64,000 nucleotides of DNA from Histomonas meleagridis 2922-C6/04-290x (lineage: Eukaryota > Protista > Parabasalia), in assembly GCA_020184695.1 (NCBI GenBank), contig JAANOX010000021.1, positions 62,001 to 126,000 on the forward strand, in the 5' to 3' direction. The position numbers and the translations under genes are program-made. This document shows positions 1 through 9,895 of the stretch, in pieces. Within the stretch, counting starts at the first letter, position 1; each line of letters begins with the position of its first letter. The notes beneath the pieces were generated by a model. It was not told where the DNA came from. It saw only the letters and a program-made list of their open reading frames with translations, and made no database searches.

Positions 1-145
1 CCCAACGACATCGTTTTTATTGAAAAATCGTTTGTTACGGACAATTGGAACGGTAAAAGTATACTTTTCAAAAAGTCACCGGATTTTTCAATAAAAACCA
101 ATTTACGACCATTCAAATTTGAATTGATTTTTTGTTCGTTTTACT

Positions 146-150
146 TCATT
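146..150 (+). promoter_or_regulatory. Parabasalid-type initiator (Inr) TCATT
   Basis: TCAYT lies 7 nt before the ATG at 157. The same motif precedes other ATGs: 11163-11167 (ATG 11180), 47180-47184 (ATG 47191), 18616-18620 (ATG 18646). It is a short motif in AT-rich DNA, so support is positional only. Confidence 0.5.
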
Positions 151-156
151 TTTTGG

Positions 157-753
157 ATGGGAAACGATGGAAGCAAAATCAAAGTCAAAAAGACCAAGTT
201 AACCAAGAAGCTTGTCTCTGATTTGGTAGCAAGCACTCACTTTAGCGAAGAAGAAATCAACATTCTCTTTGAAAAGTATGGATATCTGAGCAAATTGGGC
301 CATGACGATGGTACTATAGACATGGAAGAGTTCAAGGAAGCATTGGGCCTCAGAAGCGTTGGCTTTGCTCAGCGCATATTTGCTGCATTTGATCGCGATA
401 ATAGTGCAACAATTGAATTCCCTGAGTATGTTAAAGGTCTTTCTTCAATTTGTCCAAGAGCTTCGATAGACGAAAAGGCAAAGTTCTGTTTCGGACTCTT
501 TGACGTTGATGGAAATGGAACAATTGAAAGACAAGAGCTTAAAAGTGTTTTAGCCTTAAGCATGAAGGAAAATGGCTCTGTAAAGCTTACGCTTGAACAA
601 TTGAATCAATCTGTTGAAGAAACATATCGTCAAATTGATACTGATGATAATGGTGTTATTTCTTATGACGAATTCCTTGGCGCAGCCAGAGCAAATCCAT
701 CTATTCTCAATTGTGTTAATGTTGATGTTGAGCATTTGCTCCAAAAGAAATAA
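157..753 (+). CDS. EF-hand Ca2+-binding protein, calcineurin B / CBL / NCS-like, probably N-myristoylated
   Basis: The ATG at 157 gives MGNDGS (Met-Gly). EF-hand loops: DDGTIDMEE, DRDNSATIEFPE, DVDGNGTIERQE, DTDDNGVISYDE. The ORF track start at 124 is a TTG extension. Confidence 0.85.
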   Translation: MGNDGSKIKVKKTKLTKKLVSDLVASTHFSEEEINILFEKYGYLSKLGHDDGTIDMEEFKEALGLRSVGFAQRIFAAFDRDNSATIEFPEYVKGLSSICPRASIDEKAKFCFGLFDVDGNGTIERQELKSVLALSMKENGSVKLTLEQLNQSVEETYRQIDTDDNGVISYDEFLGAARANPSILNCVNVDVEHLLQKK

Positions 754-1083
754 GATTTTTTCTTCATCAAAACATCATTAAATATTTCATTTTATATTTT
801 GTTTCTTTATTTATTTTTCATTCCTAGATAACTGATCATTAAAATTGTTTTCCATTATAAATTATTTGAATTAATTTTCAAAGTGATAATTGATGCATCG
901 AATTCTCGAAATCTCTGTTTAATCCCATGTATTGATCATATCTTAATTAAATTCCGCATTTTCTATTTCCTAACAGCTTAAAAATTCAATGCATATCTGA
1001 TATTCAATATTTTCTATGAGAGCTTTCGATTTCAAATCTGTAATAAAACCGTCTCTGATACTTTAAATTTGCTGCAATAAAAG

Positions 1084-3517
1084 ATGGAAGTGATTAATTT
1101 TGAAAGCATGCTTAATTCACTCCAAAAATTAATATTCCATTTAACTGAAGATAATATGGAGAATTCAGTTCAACAAACTTTAAATTTGTTCGATCCAAAT
1201 TTCCCTTATTCATTTAATTTCACAATTTGTAAAATCGTTTATTCGGCATTTTGTAAGCAAAATAATGAAATATATAAATTCATAAATTATTTAAAATTAA
1301 TTCAAACAAAAGAAGAAGAAATGGACAAAAGTATTCCAAAAATTATTGATATTTTTATTGACCAAATCATTAAAATCAAATCACATGATGCATATTTTAT
1401 TATTGAAAAGATGATTGAGAAAAATTTAATTGATAAAAATGTTACTAAAAATATTTCATCACCATACTTTGCACATTACAAAACAGAAGATAAAAATAAA
1501 ATAAAAAAATATTTTTACTCTCATTACAGAAAAAATTTTGAAGAGCTTTCAAGGAACAATTGGGAACTTCATAAGAAATATGTTAAAGAAGGAGTCAATG
1601 AAAATGAAATTGCTAAAATAATTCGATATGATGAAATAGAAAAACTTCAAGAAATATCATCACAAACTAATTTTGATTTTAATCAAAGAATTACACCGTC
1701 TCCTTATGAAAGATGTTCATTTATTAATCAATATTATGTTACATTAATTGAATATGCAGCATTCTTTGGATCTGTAAAATGTTTCAAATATTTACTTATG
1801 AACAATGTAAATGTAGAAAATACAGGTAAATATGCAGTTGCAAGTGGAAATGAAGAAATCATTCATTTATGTGAACAAAATCATTCATCATTTAAAGATG
1901 CATATGAAACAGCAATTAAATTCCATCAAAATGATATCTTTAGATATATTTTTGAAAACAAATTACAAAAATTTTATGATGTTTATGATGATGTTGAAGG
2001 TAGGCAAATTATTCAAACCAGAGATTTAATAGAACTTGGTTGGATATGCATAAACTTTAGCAACTATGAAATACTTTCTTTTTTATTAAAAGAAGGAATG
2101 AAAATATATAATAAAAATATTAATCTTATTAATGAATCAGCACAAATTGGTAATATATTTTTAATCAAATATTTCCTTATAAAAAATCAACTTCCAAAAG
2201 ATATATTGGTATATTCAGCAGAATCAGGAAACATAGAACTATTTAAGTATATTTTCGAACAAGACGGAATTGATATTAATGTTAAAAATATTTATACTTT
2301 TTATTTTATATTTGTTCTATTAATTTTATATTTAAAATTATCTTTTAATAATTATTTATAGTATTTTGGACTGCATTAATGAAGGCATCACAAAACGGAA
2401 ATTTAGAAATAGTAAAATTACTACTTAAACAAGAAAAGATTGATATAAATTGTAAAACTATTTGTTTGTTTTGTTGGGTGTTTTAGCAAAGAATTTTATA
2501 TTTTGAAAAATTATTTGGAATTTATTCAAATTATTTACAGCACTTATTTTGGCAATTGAAAATAACTACAATGAAATTAGTAAATTACTTCTTGAAAAAG
2601 AAGGAATCGATGTTAATATTAAAGCTAGTTTTCATTAAATTTATTTCGAATTTATTTCAATTACTTGGCGTTTTAAATTAATATTAGGAGATTATTTATA
2701 TTATTCATGACAGCACTAATGAGTGCAATCAAGAATGAAAATATAGAAATAGTAAAACTACTCCTTTCTAAAGATGGCATTAATTTTAATGCCAAAAGTG
2801 ATTTTAGTCTTATAAACTTTATTTACTATTAATTTTTAGAAATTATTCATGATATTTGTAACACCACTCATGGTTGCAGCTGAAAATGGTTCCTCGGAAA
2901 TTGTTGAAATTTTACTTAAACAAAAAGGAATTGATATCAATGCTAAAAATATTTATTTGTTTTATTTTATATCAATATTAAATATTTATATTTTTTTTAT
3001 AATTTTTGGAATGTATTTAAATCATTTAGAACAGCTCTAATGCTCGCTTCCAAAAAAGGTCATATAGAAACAGTTAAATTACTTCTTGAACAAGAAGAAA
3101 TTGATATTAATGCTAAAGATATTTATTTGTTTTATTTAAAATTTGTGTTGATAATTTGATATTTCAAAATAATATTTGGAAATTATTTAAATTATTTAGA
3201 ACAGCACTTATATTGGCATCTGTATATGATTATAAAAAAATAGTTGAATTACTTCTTGAGCAAAAAGGAATTGATATTGATGTTAAAGATATGTGTTTGT
3301 TTTGTTTAATATTAGTTTTAAGAATTTTATATTTCAAAATAATATTTAGAAATTATTTAAATTATTTAATACAGCACTTCTGTTAGCAGATCGCTTGCAT
3401 CATAATGAAATAGCAAAGCTGATTCGTAGGCAAAAATTTTATCGAGCTTTTAGGAAAGCTATTGGAATAGGATTAATCGCGTTAGCTTTAACTTATTTTT
3501 TGTTTCTAAATAAATAA
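1084..3517 (+). CDS. DUF3447-type ankyrin-repeat protein with C-terminal tail anchor, interrupted by 7 non-canonical ~80-nt spacers
   Basis: The 425-aa ORF has DUF3447-like motifs (TLIEYAAFFGSVKCFKYLL, KYAVASGNEEIIHLCEQ). Six further 30-codon ankyrin segments follow (TALMKASQNGNLEIVKLLLKQEKIDINCKT, TALILAIENN, TALMSAIKNE, TPLMVAAENG, TALMLASKKG, TALILASVYD). A terminal segment TALLLADRL...KAIGIGLIALALTYFLFLNK* ends at 3517. Confidence 0.75.
2290..3370 (+). repeat. 170-nt-period ankyrin segment/spacer array, locus 1
   Basis: Spacers measured from the D/N codon to the T codon: 2290-2369 (80), 2460-2536 (77), 2627-2709 (83), 2800-2860 (61), 2951-3030 (80), 3121-3200 (80), 3291-3370 (80). Confidence 0.9.
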
Positions 3518-3591
3518 AAAGAATTGTTTAATATTTGTTGTTTTGTAGTTAATAAGTGAACATTCTTTTATTGATAAAATTTTGTTGTATT

Positions 3592-3773
3592 CTCCAACAA
3601 GAAGGAATTGATATTAATGCTAAAGATATTTATTTCTTTTATTTAAAATTTATTTTAATAATTTGATATATTTTAAGAATACATGGGGAATCTGCAAATT
3701 ATTTAATACAGCACTTAATTTAGCATCTATAAGTGGTTATGTAAATATTACCAAATTATTTTCCCAGCAATGA
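3592..3773 (+). other. Orphan ankyrin module (LQQEGIDINAKD-[80-nt spacer]-TALNLASISGYVNITKLFSQQ*)
   Basis: Same architecture as the array, with an 80-nt spacer at 3628-3707, located downstream of the stop codon at 3517. Confidence 0.7.
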
Positions 3774-3942
3774 AAAATATGATTTTTAATCTCAAAAATA
3801 AAATATTATATAAATATCATAATTTTCCTCTTGTTTTGTAGTATTTCAAGATTTAAGAATTTCAAATTTTTTTTTTTTTTAATATTTTTCTTTGTTCACT
3901 AACATTAATTATTTCTGAAATGAAATGTGAAGTGAAACAACA

Positions 3943-4242
3943 ATGGAAGGGAAAAAAAGATTTCAGTTCCAACTTGAGAACTTTGAACAAGTTCTTGAAA
4001 AATACATGATAGGACTAACAACACACCTCCCGGATAAATACGACTCATCTGAGTGGGCGAACAAAATTCCACCAGAAGAAGCTTTAATCATTTCATCAGA
4101 TAAGGATGAAATTAAAGATTACACCCCATATAAACCCGAGAGCATAAGTTCAGATGATCTAGCACATGCATATTATGCAAGTCAAGTCCAAACATTTCTG
4201 AATATAAAATTTCCAGATAACAAAAACGAAGAAAGCGAATAA
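3943..4242 (+). CDS. Hypothetical 99-aa acidic protein
   Basis: ATG-initiated ORF with protein-like composition between AT-rich intergenic stretches. No family recognised. Confidence 0.55.
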   Translation: MEGKKRFQFQLENFEQVLEKYMIGLTTHLPDKYDSSEWANKIPPEEALIISSDKDEIKDYTPYKPESISSDDLAHAYYASQVQTFLNIKFPDNKNEESE

Positions 4243-4394
4243 ATTACGTATGGTTCTGACAGTTTGGTTTTAGTCAGATTTTTTGATATTTCACAAAATT
4301 ACTAAATGTTTTTAATACCATATTTTTTCTTTTCATACTTAGGGCGCCCCAAGCCGTTTATGTAAACTTATGAATTATTTTGTAAAACAAAAAA

Positions 4395-6818
4395 ATGACT
4401 TCTTTCATCCCACTTAAACCTGAAATTGCTCAAAAGTTACTTGAGCAATGTGTAGATAAAAGCGAAACTCAGCAATGGGCTGGTGAAGTTTTCCTTGTAA
4501 TTTCACAAAAGAAGAAGCAAAGGTATGTATTATTAACTGAATCTTGTCTTTATATATTTTCTAAATCACGTGTTCGCTCTAGTTATGACCGTGAGACAGT
4601 CCTTTCTATTTTTGATTTAATAAGTTGTTCATGTTCACAAGAAGAATTAAAACTTATATTTAAAAGTTCAAATGGTGAAAATGTTTATCTTTTAAACTTT
4701 CCAGAAAGTGGCCAACTTATGACCAATCTTTACCGTCAATACAAGTATATTACTTGGAATGTTGATGTTGAATCTGTTACAGGATTAAATTTAATACCAG
4801 ATGCAAATAGTCAACTTCCACCAAAAAGTCGTCCACCACATATACTTTTGCATCGATACGTTGCAGCCTCTGTTTCCAAATCACAAGATATTGATCCAAC
4901 CATATCATCAATAATAAATAAATATGATTCCAATCCGCACAAGTCAATTAAATTCCAACGCGCTTCCATCAAATCACCCACGCCATTATTCTTTGCGTTA
5001 TCTCTTGAGCCAAATCTTTCTTCGATAATTCTTGAAGATTTTTCACCACAAAACTTAGGTAATATCATCACGTGGACATTTTCCAACTATAACAAACTCA
5101 TTAGCATTACCTTAAAAGGTTATAACAGTGCCAATTTCAAAGGCATTCATGTTAAACGTAACACATATAATCATTTGAACTGTCTTCGAATCAATCATTG
5201 TTCGACAAACTTTGTTATTGATTTCTTAATGTCCATGAAACAAGTTACATATTCCATCAACACCATAATATTTAAGAGCGTCAAGCCGATTTTAACGGAG
5301 CAATTAATGCAAATCTTTCGAAAGTGTTTAGAGAATTCGACATTTTTATCAGGAATCACAACAATTGGATTCATTGATTTGAAATGTGAAATATCCATTA
5401 TATCATTCATTAAGAACATTTTAGAGTCCATTGAATTACGGCAATTAATAATCGAAAACTGTGGAATTGATATATGTAATTTCATGACAATGTTATCCAA
5501 CACTAATAATAAGTTACAACGATTATCAATGCGACGTAATTATGGACAAGAAGTAATGTTACGAGATGATTCATTACCAGAGAACTTAATCCATTTAAAT
5601 GTTGGAGACTCAAATTGGATACCGAATTCATTGTCATCATTCTTATCAACAATTTGTCGACGTTCACGAAAGTTTCCATTAGTATTAGAACTCGACAAAA
5701 CACATTTAACTATTCCATGGGATGAATTCTTTAACTTATTACCATTAGAAAGTTTTCATCCATCAATCACTGAGTTAAATATGAGTTATAACAAATTCGA
5801 TTCCAAATCATTTAACGAGTTTTTACGCTTTTTAGAAACTCAAACTCCATTAACGAATGAAAACACACAACATAAATTAATGCACTTATCTATCTCTGGT
5901 TGTTTCTCGAAAGAAGTCGAGAAATGTTTTACCGATTTTAGTAACTTCTTTTCAACACGAGAACTTTGGGGTTTATCATTATGTGACGTATGCACTATTA
6001 CTAATCCCGATGTCATGGATTCATTAATTGATATGTTATTTAACATCTATGGGTTAACATCGATAAATATATCATCGAATTATATCCAAGATTCGGCCGC
6101 TAAAAAGTTTTTACATTTCATAAGTGAATCGCCAACAATAGCTGAAGTATATATCGACAAATGTGAAATTAATGATCCAGAACAAATGTTATGGTTCTAC
6201 GAATGTTTAATGTTATCGCCACATATCTTAGCATTTAATTCAGTGATCAAAGACTTAATACCATTTCGTCATTATGATGAAGTTAAACGAATTAATAATC
6301 GTTTGTTACGGAAAAGACCATTCAGTACACAACATAAACGATTATATTTATACTTAACTTTATACGGCGACTTCCAAACGAGAATTATAAACCCGCCATA
6401 TAAAGTTAATGATCATATTAATGACTCTTTGTTCGATACAGCTTTCATTAACACAGTGCCGTCATTGTTCACATTGGCATCGCGAACAACAATAGATACA
6501 TCCGTTGACCCGTTGGCGTCGATGGTGACGGAGTACATCGCAACAAGTGGAAAATACGGAATCGTTCCGCCGACTGCGCCGCCGCCGGAGGCCGCTGATA
6601 GAGTATTCGGATTGCCGTCGGTATTCGCAACAATGCAAATGTACATCGACGAGGAGCCAGGATTAGGTGTAGAGATGGGAACAAAGTTAAACGAATTATC
6701 AAAGAGTCTGGCGGAGGCTTTCAACACCGACGGAAAAAGGATTTCAGTGTTCGCGTCAAATAAGTTGGAAAGCGGTAACGATATGACAACAATACCACTG
6801 ATCGATTTCGGTAAATAA
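4395..6818 (+). CDS. Leucine-rich repeat protein, CARMIL-like (N-terminal PH-like region plus RNI-type LRRs)
   Basis: 807-aa ORF. PH-like start (KKKQRYVLLTESCLYIF), LRR units (LQRLSMRRN, ITELNMSYNKF, LTSINISSN) and a proline-rich C-terminal patch. Confidence 0.65.
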   Translation: MTSFIPLKPEIAQKLLEQCVDKSETQQWAGEVFLVISQKKKQRYVLLTESCLYIFSKSRVRSSYDRETVLSIFDLISCSCSQEELKLIFKSSNGENVYLLNFPESGQLMTNLYRQYKYITWNVDVESVTGLNLIPDANSQLPPKSRPPHILLHRYVAASVSKSQDIDPTISSIINKYDSNPHKSIKFQRASIKSPTPLFFALSLEPNLSSIILEDFSPQNLGNIITWTFSNYNKLISITLKGYNSANFKGIHVKRNTYNHLNCLRINHCSTNFVIDFLMSMKQVTYSINTIIFKSVKPILTEQLMQIFRKCLENSTFLSGITTIGFIDLKCEISIISFIKNILESIELRQLIIENCGIDICNFMTMLSNTNNKLQRLSMRRNYGQEVMLRDDSLPENLIHLNVGDSNWIPNSLSSFLSTICRRSRKFPLVLELDKTHLTIPWDEFFNLLPLESFHPSITELNMSYNKFDSKSFNEFLRFLETQTPLTNENTQHKLMHLSISGCFSKEVEKCFTDFSNFFSTRELWGLSLCDVCTITNPDVMDSLIDMLFNIYGLTSINISSNYIQDSAAKKFLHFISESPTIAEVYIDKCEINDPEQMLWFYECLMLSPHILAFNSVIKDLIPFRHYDEVKRINNRLLRKRPFSTQHKRLYLYLTLYGDFQTRIINPPYKVNDHINDSLFDTAFINTVPSLFTLASRTTIDTSVDPLASMVTEYIATSGKYGIVPPTAPPPEAADRVFGLPSVFATMQMYIDEEPGLGVEMGTKLNELSKSLAEAFNTDGKRISVFASNKLESGNDMTTIPLIDFGK

Positions 6819-7534
6819 TTCGCTGTTTAGTTAAATGTTTATGTTATAGATAAAGTGAAATTGGAAATATTAAATTAAATCAATAAATTTGTTTTCGCGT
6901 AACTTTATAAGATGAATTCATGTGTTTTAAATGATAAATTAAAATAAAAAAAAATATTATATAGAACAAATAAATATCTTTAATAAAAATGTCAGTTCAT
7001 TGTTCAAGATGTAATTTAACAACTTCCACATAACAAAGCTTACATGTCTTCGTAAGTGCTGTATAAAATAATCCAAATGGTTTCCAAATATTATTGTGAT
7101 ACATTAAATCATTAAAACACATAAAAAATTAAATAAATAAATATCTTTTGCTTTAACGTATGTTAACATCGATTCCCTTTCGTTCAGAATTAATTTAACT
7201 TTTTTGTATAACCTTTATATGGCTTCATTAAAATAATTAAATACAATTTCCAAATATTGTTTTGAAATAGTCCAATAAGTAATTTTGAAGTTTCAATATT
7301 TCTACAAGTTCATTTACAGACCATAAAAAAAGTTTTAAATCAACTACAAATTTGAAGCAAATATCTGCCTAAACACCATACTCCGAATGAATTTAATATT
7401 AACAATATATATTAAGAGTTTTTATTGTTGTAGACAAACGCCTTAAAACAATTTATTTACTGTAACATATAACGTTCGCCAAACATAAACGGTGTCACAA
7501 GTAGATCATGTAAAAAAAAATCAAAAAATCACTT

Positions 7535-8734
7535 TTACTGAATATCTTCGAAGTAAAAGTTCACAGAGTCAATGATTAATTTAGCCAAAAAAGAAATTGT
7601 TTCATTTTCACATTTGCAATATTCACCAATTTCATTTTCATACTGGTACAGACATTCATACAACGTTTGTGTTGCATCAGCATCGAACGAAACGTTTTCC
7701 AGTAGTTCCAAAATGATTATGATAATCATTGGCCCACATTCACCATCATAAATAAATTGCATAACCTCATCAATTGCCCACATGTAATCGTTTGGATTTT
7801 TGATTATTATTTGCTGAATGATCAAAATCGCTTTCGATGAAAATTTATATGGAATCAAATGTATATATGTAATTAAGTCGTGCAACAGTTCGTTTGTAAG
7901 AAGTATTTCCCATTTGTCAATGTTTTCCAATAGATAAAATATTCCCCATAAACAAACATTTGTATCTTTCTTGAGAAATTGAAATATTTCTTTGAAGATT
8001 CGCTCAGTGAAAATTTGAAGTTTTAATAATACTTTTATCGAATAAATATTAATGACGTCATTGGAAAAAGAAAAAAATTCTAAAATTTTCTCTGCGATTT
8101 GTTGTGAAAATTCGCCAAAATATTGGAAATATGTATCAATGATTTCTAATGAGCCACAAATGTTTTTGTAGTTTTTCGAATTTAATAGAACTGATGTGTA
8201 TTCGATGTATTTCGGTTTCATTTTGTTATTTATGACTATTTTTAATAATTTGCTGATGTCGATATTATCGTTTAAAATCAAAAAATTTAAAATATCTTTA
8301 AGGATTAAATACAGAAACTTCGTGGAATGTTTGGTATAATAAGAGATAAGTAAATCTAATGATTGAGTTTTATAAATAGTTTTGCTAAAAATATAATTAA
8401 CAAATTGTTGTAAATTTTCCTCTGGAATATTAAAATCAAAGCCTCTGTTCAAAAGATATGTGAGGCAGTTAAGAGAAATCTCTAAAAATCGATTTTCTTC
8501 AACAAAATTAACTGACATTTCAAAAATAAATTGTAAGATTTTTCGGTCAATTATCTCTTCTTTTGGTGTACATGTAAAAATCGTCATTAGATTTAGAATT
8601 GTTTTTTCACTTCCATTAACTTTTTGGAAATAATAAATAAGTGAATTTTCGGTTCTTGAATTATCTTCAAATCTAGACAAGAAAGTCTTTACAGTTTTCC
8701 CTTGAGATACACTTGGTTTCCAGTTAAGTTGCAT
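7535..8734 (-). CDS. Hypothetical ARM/HEAT-like helical protein
   Basis: 399-aa ORF with repeated amphipathic helices. Family not identified. Confidence 0.55.
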   Translation of the reverse strand: MQLNWKPSVSQGKTVKTFLSRFEDNSRTENSLIYYFQKVNGSEKTILNLMTIFTCTPKEEIIDRKILQFIFEMSVNFVEENRFLEISLNCLTYLLNRGFDFNIPEENLQQFVNYIFSKTIYKTQSLDLLISYYTKHSTKFLYLILKDILNFLILNDNIDISKLLKIVINNKMKPKYIEYTSVLLNSKNYKNICGSLEIIDTYFQYFGEFSQQIAEKILEFFSFSNDVINIYSIKVLLKLQIFTERIFKEIFQFLKKDTNVCLWGIFYLLENIDKWEILLTNELLHDLITYIHLIPYKFSSKAILIIQQIIIKNPNDYMWAIDEVMQFIYDGECGPMIIIIILELLENVSFDADATQTLYECLYQYENEIGEYCKCENETISFLAKLIIDSVNFYFEDIQ

Positions 8735-8817
8735 TTTTAAAAAATGATTTTCGCATCAAAAAAAAATTTAATGTATCAAACAAACATAGTGAAAAACAAT
8801 TCACAAAATTTTTTTAT

Positions 8818-9570
8818 TTATTCATAATCAATAATTGGCTCATCCAATAATTCTGGTGATGAAGAGCCGACGTTGAAGTCTTGTACATATTCGGATAACA
8901 CTGAGTTCATTTTTGGTAGAAGTTCATTTGGTGTAATTTTTGGATGTAATTTGAGCTCTTTGGTTAAATTAAATGTAAAGATGCCTTGGGATTGACATAA
9001 CGCCATCATTTGTTTTGAAGTCGTTGAACGTGGTGAAGCTGAGAGGGATATGACTCTTTCAGGAAGTGTGTATCCCTTAATTTCAGGTGATTTTATACTC
9101 CAGCAAGTATTTTGTCTGCACGTGTCTGTGATTAAAATTATTTTATTTGATGGTGCTTTACATTGAAGATGTTCAATCATATCTTCATCATAAATGATAC
9201 CATCTTCAAAAGTAAAAGCTTCATCAAAATCATGTGGTTGTGTATTATCTAAATCAGAAGCCGTGGTTCCTTGTCCAACATAGTATACTATAAGGTTTTT
9301 CTGAGTATTTTCAAAGAAATAATCGATGAATTCAAGAAATCTTTGTGCATGAGGATTATGAAGATAATAAACTTCATATTCAAAATATTTAACACATTTA
9401 GCCATTGTTGCTGCATCATTAATTGGAGTGGTTCCAATGTTTTGTCGAAATGATCGATATGAATTCACACAAATTAAACACACATTTTTAAGGTCTAATG
9501 GCATTCGGTTGGATGGAATCTTTGATAAATCTCTTCCGAGGGAGCGCAATTGGCCAACAGGATCATACAT
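8818..9570 (-). CDS. Clan CD C14 metacaspase-like protein (catalytic His replaced by Gln)
   Basis: Motifs LICVNSY...PINDA, VYYVGQG (canonical GHG) and LITDTC (catalytic Cys position). Confidence 0.75.
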   Translation of the reverse strand: MYDPVGQLRSLGRDLSKIPSNRMPLDLKNVCLICVNSYRSFRQNIGTTPINDAATMAKCVKYFEYEVYYLHNPHAQRFLEFIDYFFENTQKNLIVYYVGQGTTASDLDNTQPHDFDEAFTFEDGIIYDEDMIEHLQCKAPSNKIILITDTCRQNTCWSIKSPEIKGYTLPERVISLSASPRSTTSKQMMALCQSQGIFTFNLTKELKLHPKITPNELLPKMNSVLSEYVQDFNVGSSSPELLDEPIIDYE

Positions 9571-9895
9571 TTATATAACGTACAAAACGATCATTTTTGA
9601 TTCAAATATAAGTCGCTTTGTTGTTTTCTTGCCTGATAATTTTTTAGATTTAACAAGAAATTTGTTTTTGTAAAAATCGAATTTAGGGATTTTGCGTTCG
9701 AAACTGTTTTTCAATTTTTGAATTCAAAAGATTATCAAATTTCCATTTTCATTAATAAATTTAATTTTTGAATTGTTTTCTTTCCAGTAAGTTCTTTAAT
9801 GTTCATTAGCAATATTGTAATTATGATCTATTGTTTTCATTTTTCAAAAAAGTAAAATTTTACTGGACCATTAATTAACGGCCACCCCAAATTTG

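Noticed and set aside
3176-3180. In-frame I-F-G inside the spacer as a micro-exon supplying the usual ankyrin DxxG glycine
   Set aside because: The GGA is common but not conserved (AGA, AAT or GAA in other 80-nt units), so it cannot be a required coding element. It is still worth checking in cDNA.
3129-3199. Canonical GT-AG intron reading of the spacer (TTT|GT...TTTAG|A)
   Set aside because: It works only for units ending in AGA. Most units end in AAT, CAA, TGG, GAA, AAA or GCA with no AG, several lack the GT, and no ACTAAC branch site is present.
2290-3370. The ankyrin arrays as CRISPR or simple satellite
   Set aside because: The context is eukaryotic with no cas genes, and the more variable parts are in-frame ankyrin coding segments rather than unique spacers.
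4811-6727. Antisense ORFs within the LRR gene, and similar short shadow ORFs in the BEACH, importin, PRMT, Ras and AK7 genes
   Set aside because: These are antisense or alternate-frame shadows of real coding sequence with no independent motifs.
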